A stretch of DNA of 64,000 nt from Haliotis rufescens. Its lineage: Eukaryota. The translations under genes and the position numbers were made by a program. Below, in pieces: positions 39,940 through 51,289 of this stretch. The notes beneath the pieces were generated by a model, which saw nothing but the letters and a program-made list of their open reading frames with translations, did no database searches and was not told the DNA's origin. The stretch spans positions 9,424,001-9,488,000 of the forward strand of contig NW_025963891.1 of NCBI RefSeq assembly GCF_023055435.1, written 5' to 3'. Within the stretch, counting starts at the first letter, position 1, and each line of letters opens with the position of its first letter.

Positions 39940-40098
39940 GGGGACGGAGTGGTAGCCTAGTGGTTAAAGCGTTTGTCGTCACGCCGAAGACCCGGGATCG
40001 ATGCCCCACATGGGTACAATGTGTGAAGCCCATTTCTGGTGTTGCCTGACGTTATATTGCTGGAATATTGCTCCGGGGGCGTAAAACCATACTTACTA
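39940..40098 (+). mobile_element. SINE family A
   Basis: TSD acacattatg(c/t)c. Confidence 0.9.
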
Positions 40099-40128
40099 AC
40101 ACATTATGTCCAAACGATCTCCGTTTTG

Positions 40129-40407
40129 TGTGTTGTTTAACGCCGCACTCCGCAATATCCCAGCTATATGACTGCGGTCTATAAATAATCGAGTCTGGAC
40201 CGGACAATCCAGTGATTGATGTCATGAACATCGATCCACGCAATTGGGACACGATGACATGCATCAGCCGTGTCAGCGAGCTTGACCAACCCATCCCGTT
40301 AGTCGCCTATTACGACAAGCATAGTCGCCTCTTACGACAAGCATAGTCGCCTCTTACGGCAAGCATGGGTTGCTGAAGACCTATTCTACCCCGGATCTCC
40401 ACGGGTC
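40129..40407 (-). mobile_element. SINE family C, full length, three hairpin modules
   Basis: TSD tc(c/t)gttttg; 5' end GACCCGTG. Confidence 0.95.
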
Positions 40408-41484
40408 TCTGTTTTGACGACCTTCATGACAACCACGGAGTCCCGGGAGCTGCCTCTGAAACCCCCGGAATGTGAGGAGGCTGGGCATCTGAGGATCGTG
40501 TAGGATATATGGCAATCATCTGAGCTAGGACCTGGCTGGCTCAATGTAAAATAGTACCCGATGGTGTGGATCGATCTTACCATTGTCTGTTTGTCTCATC
40601 CAGAAACACATCCTTTGTACCATCAACCATGATACAAGAGTGATACTTCTTCTAATAGCATGCGGGATTGGGTTAAAGCCGGTTCGATTCTCCACATGGG
40701 TACACACTGTACGATGTCTGGTCTCCGCCGTGATATTGCCGGAATATTGCTAAAATATTGTTAAAGTGACGTAAAACCACCCCGAGAGCAACTGTCAGTA
40801 CAGCTTTATAACGCAACTCGAGCGTCACTTCGCTTTGGCCTGCATGAATTCGAATAAGTAACTGAATTATCTCTTAAGATCAGGGCATATTTGACGGGAA
40901 GTTGAAGCCGGATCCTATAATTATTTACAATTAAATAACTAAACATGACCTAATTGTCAGTGCGCCTTTAAATACATAATACAAAGGAAACGTATTTATG
41001 TTCTAAACGTCAAGAATAATTTAACTATTAGTTAAGATAAACTAATTGCGTCTGGTCAAATCTGGTGTTCAGGTGGTCAGCTACTCCTGCACTGTCCTTA
41101 CTGGACAGCCGATTGGTCATTCATTCGTTTTTTCCGAAGATGATGGGCACTTGAGGCCTATTCTGCATCGGATTCTCAAAGCGGCTGACACGTTTAAAGA
41201 CAAGGACAGATAAACCGACACTAAACAAGAGCAGCGCCCGCAGAAATTGAAAGTTAATTTCCCTGTAGTTTTCAGAATGTTCCTCGAGGATGCATGGCTG
41301 GTCCGGTGGTAGGAGACACAATTAAGCGTGCCAGGGTCCGTGGTATCAAAATTCAGTCCGTCCCGTTTTGTCCCTGGTCAGTTCTTTGTTGCGATTCCAG
41401 GTCTGAATGGGATCCAACGTCCCCGACTGGCCAACTATAATGTCTCCAGTCTCCTTTAAAATAATCTTCTAAACCCTTTTGCCA

Positions 41485-41499
41485 CCGGAAGTGACGTCA
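41485..41499 (+). promoter_or_regulatory. Overlapping ETS-CRE motif CCGGAAGTGACGTCA
   Basis: Exact 15-mer in unique sequence followed by catatttata; function not shown. Confidence 0.4.
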
Positions 41500-41825
41500 C
41501 CATATTTATATCTAACTAAGCACAGGGTTTCTATCGCACGGATATGAAGAGTGATTTGCCGGGTCGACTATTATTAGCATCGCGCTGTCGTGCTCAAAAC
41601 GAAGCTGGAGTAACGGATGGATGTTTGCCATTATAGAACAGAGGTTTAATACCTCATGCTTATTGCAAGAGCCGAGTAAATGGGGATCGGGTGGTCAGAC
41701 TGCGTTGACTGCGGTTCCGTGGTCGTTGCTCATTCTGTTAATCTCCTGATGCCACAGAACGACGTCATATTGTTGGAGAATTGTCGACTGTGGCGTAAAA
41801 CAACATCCACTCAGTCCCTGGTCAC

Positions 41826-42090
41826 GACCCGGGAAGATTCCGGGGTAGAATAGGTCTTCAGCAACCCATGCTTGCTGTAAAAAGGGACTATGCTTGTCGT
41901 AAAAGGCGACTAACGGGATCGGGTGGGCAGGCTCGCTGACTTGGTTGATGTATGTCATCGATCCCAATTGCGTGGATTGATTCTCATGATATTAATCACT
42001 GGATTGTCTGGTCAAGACTTGATTATTTACAGACCGCCGTCATATAGCTGGAATATTGCTGAGTGCGGCGTAAAACAACAAACCAACCAA
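41826..42090 (+). mobile_element. SINE family C, full length
   Basis: TSD ccctggtcac at 41816-41825 and 42091-42100; a degenerate C copy lies just upstream (about 41640-41810). Confidence 0.95.
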
Positions 42091-42310
42091 CCCTGGTCAC
42101 CATACATCACCGAGGGCTTCCCCCAAGTGGACCACGTCTGCAACCCTACGTCAGAGACAAAAGAAGAGAATCAACGTTTATTTAAGTGTCACATGTTAAA
42201 TACAGAAAAATTAAAAACGTGGAAATGAGAAATTCATATAACATTCCGCTATGAATACTTGTAAAAATGGAGGCACACTATCCATGAGACACTGAAATGA
42301 CAATGTGAAA

Positions 42311-42728
42311 CTGTAGTTGACTGTTTGATGAAACCAGGGGGTGTTCACCTACACTGACAGCTGCCACTCACTGTAGTCAACCGTTAGATGAAACCAGTGG
42401 GTGTTCACCTACACTGACAACTGGCACTCACTGTAGTCAACCGTTAGATGAAACCAGTGGGTGTTCACCTACACTGACAGCTGATCCTTACTGTAGTCAA
42501 CCGTTAGATGAAACCAGTGGGTGTTCACCTACACTGACAGCTGGTGCTCGCTGTAGTTAACCGTTAGATGAAACCAGTGGGTGTTCACCTACACTTACAG
42601 CTGATCCTCACTGTAGTCAACCGTTAGATGAAACCAGTGGGTGTTCACCTACACTGACAGCTGGTGCTCGCTGTAGTTAACCGTTAGATGAAACCAGTTC
42701 ATGCATGTTCGCTTACACTGACAACTGA
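42311..42728. repeat. 60-bp minisatellite, about 7 units
   Basis: Unit ctgtagtcaaccgttagatgaaaccagtgggtgttcacctacactgacagctg plus 7 variable nt; in register with the 60-nt lines. Confidence 0.95.
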
Positions 42729-43018
42729 AAAAATCTTTAATTAACATAGTTTTCACATCAAGGTGATAAAAATATATAGATCTAGTGACATGTGTGCTGT
42801 TTGTCGCCGCGCACTTTCAAGGGATTATTTTCTAAACCAGCACACATGTTGCTAATGTGGGTTCTCGCAGTGCTTGATCGCATTAAAATCTATTCAGGTG
42901 CAAATAGTTGCTTGCAAAGAGTTCAAATAGTGAAGTTATCGTAGGTTTGAGAGTGCAGCATAGTGCAGAGAGCGAACGAGTTGGGTTTAAGGCCGTTTTA
43001 CAATACTTCAGCTACACC

Positions 43019-43632
43019 ACCACGTGTTATTCTTCAAGGGTGTTGGATGTTTTTCCTTGCAAACTTTGCCCGGGGTTTAATACAGAGGAGTGAGTGAGTG
43101 AGTTGGGTTTAACGCCGCTTTTAACAGTATTCCAGTTATATCACGGCGTGTCAGCTTAATGTGGGAGGAAAGCCCGAAGTGATGCAGGTCTCAGACGTTT
43201 ACCACTTCGGTGAAACCCACGAGCACGGGTATGGTGCTGACAAACCTAGAAACATAATCGGGGCGAACCGGGATTCGAACCCACAATCATAGGTTTCTGG
43301 CGTGCCCAAGGGACGCAACTCTGCACAGCGAATCGCGGCGCCTTAGACGACTGGGCCACCCGTGCCCCCTTAATAAAGAGGAAGCCCTTGAAGATCCTGG
43401 TTCGGATAGGTCTCCAGCTACCCATGCTTGTCTTAAGAGGCGACTAACGGGATCGGGTGGCCAGGCTCGCCGACTTGGTTGACGTATGTCATCGTATCCC
43501 AATTGCATAGATCGATGCTTATGATGTCAATCACTGGATTGTCTGTTCCAGACTCGATTATTTACAGACAGCTGTCATATAGATGGAATATTGCTGAGTG
43601 CGGCGTTAAACAAACAAACAAACAAACACAAC
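43019..43632 (+). mobile_element. SINE C variant (C2) with about 70-bp 5' extension, interrupted by SINE B
   Basis: Extension and diagnostic head changes shared with 62851-63348. Confidence 0.85.
43090..43369 (-). mobile_element. SINE family B, full length, near consensus
   Basis: TSD ttaata(c/a)agagga. Confidence 0.95.
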
Positions 43633-43716
43633 TATGAAACCTAAAGAAAATATATCAAAACTACAATGCAACCTCGTCTATCCGGGCTCTGTTTATGAAG
43701 CAGTTCATTACGATCC

Positions 43717-43925
43717 AGGGCGGTGTGGTAGCCACTTTGTTAAAGCGTTGGCTCGTCACGCCGAAGACCCGGGTTCGATTCCCCAAATGGGTACAATGTA
43801 TGAAGCCCATTTCCCGGCGTATCCCCTCCGTGATATTGCTGGTATATTGCTCCAGGGCAATAAGTCGCGAGTGAGTTAGGTGCGGCGATTCACTGCCCAG
43901 GGACTTTCACTCTATTCACTCACTC
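43717..43925 (+). mobile_element. SINE family A, diverged with disrupted tail
   Basis: Head gggcggtgtggtagcc...ggttcgattccc. Confidence 0.75.
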
Positions 43926-44170
43926 CTCGAGATGTGAAGCACACTGACGATGTCGCCACCGACCACGTGACGTCATCCAGCGCCAGAGTCCCAGACATGC
44001 GCATTGTATCGCCTCAAAACTTGCGCTCGCTGCCCTACAGAATATCTTTCACGTTCGCCTGAACATAAAACATTGCTCGTCTATAGCAATGACAGTTTTA
44101 GTTGCTCCGACAGCGGCGCTAATAGTTACATGTGTACACACGTTTGTATGTGGTACGTTCACGGGGGTTG

Positions 44171-44202
<32 letters not shown>

Positions 44203-44640
44203 CGGCACGTTCATGTTACCCGTAGTCACCAGCTGACGCTTAAGGGTACCCTGTTTGAAGGGCTGTGACGTCAGCAGGAGAACAAGAGAAACACGTGCGT
44301 TGACAGACGGCGATGGTAGAATTGCACAAGTCTCTAAGGCAATAATTATTAGTGTAAACTATAAGTTCTAGATTATGTAAATAATAAGAGCAAGTTGGCC
44401 CTATAAGAAACTGGAGTCCTTAGAAGTGTCCACATTTCTAGACTTGCCCATTAGGAGGATATAGTTACAATACATCCATGGGTTTTTCTTTCAGTACAGC
44501 CTTGGAGCAAGGCTAATGGAGATGGTTGCGCTAATATATAAAATGCATTTTGGTTTCAGATAAACAGGTTGAAGAGAAGTGGAGGGGGTCACTCGTAACA
44601 CGACAAAAGTGTCGAGAAACATGCATCATATTAGGAAGAG

Positions 44641-44807
44641 TGAGTGAGTGAGATTGGTTTTACGCCGCTTTTAGCAATATTCCAGCAATATCACGGCGGG
44701 GGACACCAGAAAAGGGGCTTCACGCATTGTACCCATGTCGGGATTCGAACCCGGGTCTTCGGCGTGACGAGCGAACGCCTTAACCACTGGGCTACCCGAC
44801 CGCCCCC
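44641..44807 (-). mobile_element. SINE family A
   Basis: TSD atatt(a/t)ggaagag. Confidence 0.95.
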
Positions 44808-44892
44808 ATATTTGGAAGAGCATTAAAGAAAAGAACATTCATTACTCCGATTCAACATGAATACTATTTCTGCTATAGTCATGTTAACAAAC

Positions 44893-45178
44893 GGGGGGCA
44901 CAGGGGGCCCAGTCATCTAAGGCGCCGCGATTCGCACTGCAGAGTTGCGTCCCTTGGGCACGCCAGAAACCTATGATTGTGGGTTCGAATCCCGGTTCGC
45001 CCCGATCATGTTTCTAGGTTTGTCAGCACAATACCCGTGCTCGTGGGTTTTCACCGAAGTGGTAAACGTCTGAGACCTGCATCACTTCGGGCTTTCCTCC
45101 CACATTAAGCTGACACGCCGTGATATAACTGGAATACTGTTAAAAGCGGCGTTAAACCCAACTCACTCACTCACCCAC
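44893..45178 (+). mobile_element. SINE family B, full length
   Basis: TSD catgttaacaaac at 44880-44892 and 45179-45191. Confidence 0.95.
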
Positions 45179-45489
45179 CATGTTAACAAACTACTTTGGC
45201 AACTCTGCGTCATGAGGATGGTCAGATTAAAATGGTTTCGTATTTCGGGAACCTCCCCAGATATATTAGGGAACATGTCTCCTCACTACATTCATGATAA
45301 CACATCTTTAGATAAAGGGCCTTCGTTAACTTTGTGAAACGTGCTGTCATTGTTAACTGACAGTGTCAGCAACGCAAGCGTCCGATTGGTGGGTGTCCGT
45401 ATCAGATAGTCCGTGATAACGAGGGATAGAGGACATCCGTATTAATGCCTTTCCGCTTTTTTCATAATGCTATACCATTTCCACAGGGT

Positions 45490-46403
45490 ACATGTCCGTT
45501 CATACGAGGTGTTTTCACTCCCGGAATAAACAGGAAATTGGTCGTTAATATGAGGTTGTAATATTTCTACTGTAAACATGTCCGTCCATATGAGGTTATG
45601 CTCTTCCGAAATTAAGATGATATTGGTCGTTAATATGAGGTTTTACTATTTCTACTATAAGAATGTCGTCCATATATGGTTATACTCTTCCGAAATTAAG
45701 ATGATATTGGTCGTTAATATGAGGTTTTACTATTTCTACTATAAGAATGTCGTCCATATATGGTTATACTCTTCCGAAATTAAGATGATATTGGTCGTTA
45801 ATATGAGGTTTTACTATTTCTACTATAAGAATGTCGTCCATATATGGTTATACTATTCCGAAATTAAAATGATATTGGTCGTTAATATGAGGTTTTACTA
45901 TTTCTGCTGTAAACATGTCGTCCATATATGGTTATACTCTTCCGAAATAAAGATGATATTAGTCGTTAATATGAGGTTTTACCATTTCTGCTGTAAACAT
46001 GTCGTCAATATATGGTTATACTCTTCCGAAATTAAGATGATATTAGTCGTTAATATGAGGTTTTACTATTTCTGCTGTAAACATGTCGTCAATATATGGT
46101 TATACTCTTCCGAAATTAAGATGATATTAGTCGTTAATATGAGGTTTTATTATTTCTGCTGTAAACATGTCGTCAATATATGGTTATACTCTTCCGAAAT
46201 TAAGATGATATTGGTCGTTAATATGAGGTTTTACTATTTCTACTATAAGAATGTCGTCCATATATGATTATACTCTTCCGAAATTAAGATGATATTAGTC
46301 GTTAATATGAGGTTTTATTATTTCTGCTGTAAACATGTCGTCCATATATGGTTATACTATTCCGAAATAAAGATGATGTTGGTCGTTAATATGAGGTTTT
46401 ACT
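45490..46403. repeat. 84-bp tandem repeat (dimer of about 42-bp subunits), about 11 units
   Basis: ggtcgttaatatgagg at 45625, 45709 and onward; produces the 28-aa-periodic ORF 45578-46267. Confidence 0.95.
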
Positions 46404-46677
46404 TTCGCTAGAGTGCGTGATTACGAGGGATGCCTGAGCCGAATGTCTGAGCCAAACTATGATGGACCGCATTGATTGGTTGCTAATTATTTTTCAACAT
46501 AATCCCCCTAGAGGTCCACGCAATTCTACCAACGATACTTGGGTGACTTGGTCCCAGTGGTGTAAATTTCCTACACAGTCGAAATTACGTCATCATCATT
46601 TGCATAATGCTGGCCAGGCAGTCCTTTCTTCAAATCTTGGGAAAATCAGGAGGGAATCTTACAGTACCAAATGTGGA

Positions 46678-46938
46678 GAGTGAGTGAGTTGGGTTTTCGC
46701 GATTCGCTGTGCAGAGTTGCGACCCTTGAGCACGCCAGAAACCTGTGATTGTGGGATCGAATCCCGGTTCGCCCCGATTATGTTTCTAGGTTTGTAAGCA
46801 CCATGCCCGTGTTCGTTGGTTTCACCGAAGTGGTAAACGTCTAAGGCCTGCATCACTTCGGGCTTTCACACGCCGTGATATATATATAACTGGAATACTG
46901 TTAAAAGCGGCGTTTAACCCAACTCACTCACTCACTCA
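46678..46938 (+). mobile_element. SINE B whose 5' end is replaced by an inverted copy of the tail
   Basis: Starts gagtgagtgagttgggttt, ends aacccaactcactcactcact. Confidence 0.85.
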
Positions 46939-47661
46939 CTGAACCATACTAAACATACAAACATATAGAAAAATATATAAAGTGCCGGGCAAAAGAAAGT
47001 ATACACTTGAAAAAATTGACCCATAAAATACAAAAGTTATCAAAGCGTTACTTGGCTGAAAAAATTTTAAGGTCCAAAACACAACTATGATTCCCGTATC
47101 ATATACATCACCATCGAATAACCATTTCTTCTTTGTTTCATTTTTAGCCATCATCAAACATGACTGTATACTTTCTTTTGCCCGCCAGTTTACATCAATC
47201 ATTTAGGGCTATGTTTTGAACTAAAATAGAACGATTACAAACAAATGTTTCACAAATTATTTGCAGTCATCTAGCATGTCACTTCTGTATTAGTTAAGTG
47301 CATCTCACCTTTTCCCAAACACTGCATCCGAGCGGGCACGGCACGGGACACTCAGTTCCCCGTGGTAAACTCAATCAACAGCTGCGTTTCTTATGCACAT
47401 GTGTATATACAAAGCATACTCATAAAAAGAAAGATTATCTCTTGTACCAGTTGTGCTATGGAATGGTTGAAATTGTGCTAATGCGAAAACTGATTTTTTT
47501 TTTCACCTGTACTGGCTTCACGAGTGCTGTGAACGATACGAGAGTGTTCTCGGCTATTGTGTGCGATCTCTCATCAGATAAGCAGATATTTACACCCATT
47601 GTATTACAGTACATTGATTGTGACGGATGTATAGAGACACACTCAGAGAACTCGGGCATGG

Positions 47662-47955
47662 GTGAAGTGAGGTGAGGTGAGGTTTGGGGAATGGGGTTGT
47701 GAGATCTGAGTTAACGCACGTAAAGTTTTAAATGGTTCGTTGATTCATCATGAGGTGGATGAAATTTGGTTTAACGTCGCATTCACGATTATTGCCTCAC
47801 ATTGAGACACTCAGACACAGTATACTGACTCCGACCAGTCCTTGTTTTATCCCCTTGATGCCGAGTGCAAGACGGGGATCGAACCCCCGACCTTCTCTGG
47901 GCGGACGGACGCTGTGTGTGTGTGTGTGTGTGCGTGCGTGCGTGCGAGCGTGCGG
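47662..47955 (-). mobile_element. SINE family D fragments and (GT)n/(GCGT)n
   Basis: gtgaggtgagg tail, cagtatactgactccgaccagtcc body, gggatcgaacccc head. Confidence 0.65.
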
Positions 47956-48482
47956 TGCAGTGCAGTTTAACAATTCCACACTTACCAATCTAAGTGATAA
48001 AATTAGGCAAGTCAAACTAGGGACTAGTAGTACTATAGGGTCAGCTTTTGAGACTGACCTGAGGACTATCATATTTTGCCCCCCCCCCCCATTTTATTTT
48101 AATTATTTGAAAAACGCGTAACTGTCCTTCTCGTCATTCGGCAGGCTCTGCGCTAGCTCTTGGACATTGAACTCCTATACAATAGGATAGTTACCTCAGC
48201 AAGGCGGGGTTATTCATACACGGCCCTAGAAATAACGCAAGTAACGGGTATTTGAAGCTGTATTATGGATAAACTGAAATCCAACTCCGTGTGACCACCT
48301 TGGTGTGTGAGAGCGACGCTTCAACATAGCGTCACGTACAGTTAACCCTTTAATCCTGACAGGCGGCAGATTACAAACTATCATGGATATGGATACGTAT
48401 TTATGACCCGTTGGTTATATGTACTGTTTCTTTAGGTTTCCAGCAGTAATCGTCAGTAATGTGGGGAATAATAATAATAATA

Positions 48483-48623
48483 GTGAGTGAGTATGGTTTT
48501 ACGCGGATTTAGCAATGTTACAGCGGGGGGACATGAGAAATGGGATTCACCCATATGGGGAATCGAACACGGACCTTCGGCGTGAATAGCAAACGCTTTT
48601 ACCATTGGGCTACCCCACCCCCC
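48483..48623 (-). mobile_element. Degenerate SINE A between (AAT)n and (AAT)n/(GAT)n microsatellites
   Basis: Matches A consensus with deletions. Confidence 0.8.
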
Positions 48624-48654
48624 ATTCCAACAACAACAATAATAATAATAATAC

Positions 48655-48689
<35 letters not shown>

Positions 48690-48900
48690 AGTGTGCACTC
48701 GATTTTTATTCTCTTTTCCCTGGGGAGTATGTACAACCCAGGCGTTAGAAGGTTAACTTCACACTGCCATCTCATCCTACCGGGTACCCATTCACTGCTG
48801 CGTGACCAGAGGCATATTTCGAACAAATGCTTACATATGCTTCAGTGCAGGGGAAGGACCGAAACGCTAGACACGCTTAGGAGTCAAGCTGCAGAACACG
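48655..48900 (-). mobile_element. Possible old CORE-type SINE with (ATC)n tail
   Basis: Reverse complement cctctggtcacgcagcagtgaatgggtacc resembles the CORE-like domain of invertebrate SINEs; single copy here. Confidence 0.4.
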
Positions 48901-49539
48901 GTCACCCATGCAACTACTCTCCGCAACCGGCGTTGCTTAAGTTCGCTTAATCTGTGAACTGGGCGTTCTCAAAGAGGACCAAGGGGCTCCAAGTGTTTGT
49001 GGATTAACAGGGTCCGGACTCACGAGGTGTCCCCATACTGTGTCGAGTTGTTTGTCGACTGGGTCGTTGCTATTTTCATAGTGTGCGAGCGGCAGGGTGA
49101 AATTTGCATTCGGTACATAAATCATATCAACATTTTTCATATTGCAGAATTGTTAATGACAATTAGAATGCGTTTATTCATGAAGTGAATCGATTTCCTT
49201 GTCTGATAAGACAAATTGTGTCTAACTAGAAAACACGTTAACCGTCTGTATCTAACGACTGTGCCCCTGTTAACGTGAAAAGGAAAATGATTACATATAT
49301 CTTATAACTCTTGAGACATTGAAAAAAACCAGACGTTTGATAATAGGATAAATCGTGGCCGATGGGGAACGAAACTTTAATTGTTTTGCACAAAATATTC
49401 CATCCCTCGGTTTTTCATGTTTATATGCAAGAAATATGAATACATGTTTTACTATATCAGCCAAAGTAGAGACAATATACGTCAACCTTAATGACACTTA
49501 CAGCACTCTTGACACAGCAGCATCGCTCGACATATACAG

Positions 49540-50330
49540 CAATTCTAAACGGCGAAATGTCTCCCTAACGTGCGCGTATATGTGAACACCGAGGGGTCCA
49601 TCCAACGATCAAGTTAAAAAGTGGCTTCATCGCGCCGTTTTATTTCAAATTCTATGAAATTATCCTGTCTGAGCGGAGCTCGGGGAATGACCTTGGGGAT
49701 TTCAATAGATTCCCTCCCTCAAAAATCCCCCAAATCGCCGCTCTTTGTGCAAGAGAAAATCCTGTTTTACGCGAAAAGCCGCTCGCTTGAACACCGAGAC
49801 TCCTTACAGGGCCGTTATGTACATCTGCGGAGCTCGTCAGCAGCGTGCTAAATAGATTCTTGTAACACCAAGTCGCCTATTTATTGATGTGTATACGAAA
49901 AAAGCGAGGGTTCAGGTTTCGTCGAATGTAAGCAAAGCCTTCCCTAACTGCTTCTTTTTTTCCTCCGCCGACCGATAAAAAGACGAGACTGCCGTTAGTA
50001 AGCTTAGACGCATGGTAAATCAGCGAATCCCCTTTAATGCTCCTTTGCCATTATGAAACGATCGACGATGGATTTTTTGGGTCGTTTCCACACTCAGCGC
50101 CGGGTTCCAGTTGGTGTTGAGCTCGTCTTGCGTTCCCGCAACCTCTCAGTCTCGAGGCTGTGTCACGCGCAATTAGTATGGGTGATGTGTCATGTTGGAG
50201 GTCGAGAGGTGGGGAGGGTCTGGCCGGGACGGATATCTCTGGGTATGGATCGAGTAAGGCTTGATAGGTATAGATCGTTGTCAACGTTGTGATCGAACAA
50301 CAACGTGTTCAGTCGTCGCCTTTGGCTATT
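49540..50330. promoter_or_regulatory. Repeat-free CpG-rich island, putative regulatory element
   Basis: Unique, CpG-rich, no credible ORF. Confidence 0.3.
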
Positions 50331-50737
50331 AGTGTTTCTGTGTCTCCGGTTTATATTCCACTTTGATATATAAGAATTCTACCATCTGTGGTTTCTTGTT
50401 TGTATGTTATGGGTACTTGAAAAATAACAACATTCTGTACCAGTCTGCGTTATTCCGAGGAGATATCACACCTCTCAGATAACTGCACTTTGTTTATTGA
50501 AAAGGTAATTACCGGTCGCGAATGACGTCACTGACGCGATCTTTATATGGAACGACAATTAACGGATAAGATTCCTTTGAGACGGAACAATCAACACAGT
50601 TCATGACAAAAATATCTTTAGCGGAACGTTCCAGACTGACTGCGTGGTTGCGTCACTAATCCCGATTGGGTAATTTGGTTCCCAATACACGTAGATGGAA
50701 GGTCGTTCTCGCAAATCAATTACAAGGGGTGAGTGTG

Positions 50738-51004
50738 TGTTTGTTTGTTTGTTTGTTTGTTTGTTTGTTGTTTATTTGTTGTTTAACGCCGCGCTCAGCA
50801 ATATTCCAGCTATGTGACGGCGGTCTGTAAATTAATCGAGTCTGGACCAGACAATCCCGTGATTGACATCATGAACATCGATCCACGCAATTTGGATCGA
50901 TGACAAGCATCAACCAAGTCAGCGAGCCTGACCACCCGATCCCGTTAGTGGTCTTTTACTACAAACATAGTCGCCTTCTACGGCAAGTATGGGTTGCTGA
51001 AGAC
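50738..51004 (-). mobile_element. SINE family C (5'-truncated), followed by an old B-like copy (about 51007-51230)
   Basis: (GTTT)n tail, body, two hairpin modules. Confidence 0.9.
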
Positions 51005-51289
51005 GGTGAGTGAGTGAGTGAGTGTGTGAGATTAATGCCGCTTGTAACAGAATGTCGTGTTCGCTAAATAGTGGCAGGAAAATCAAACTGCGGCAGGTGG
51101 GGGACGTTTACCATCTTGTAGAACTCCGGAGCATGGGTATTTGTGCTAGCAGACCAAAGATCGTATCTTGGTTTCAAACTCTAGATTAGCGGATCCTGGA
51201 CACTAAGGGACATAACTATCGTCGATTTGTGGACAGGGTAACAGAAACACGATGATTTGATATCCAGATAAATTGCATAACATTCTACC

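Noticed and set aside
42311-42728. CRISPR-like repeat/spacer array
   Set aside because: Variable part is only about 7 nt and recurs; eukaryotic context, no cas genes
45578-46267. 229-aa ORF
   Set aside because: Pure translation of an 84-bp tandem repeat
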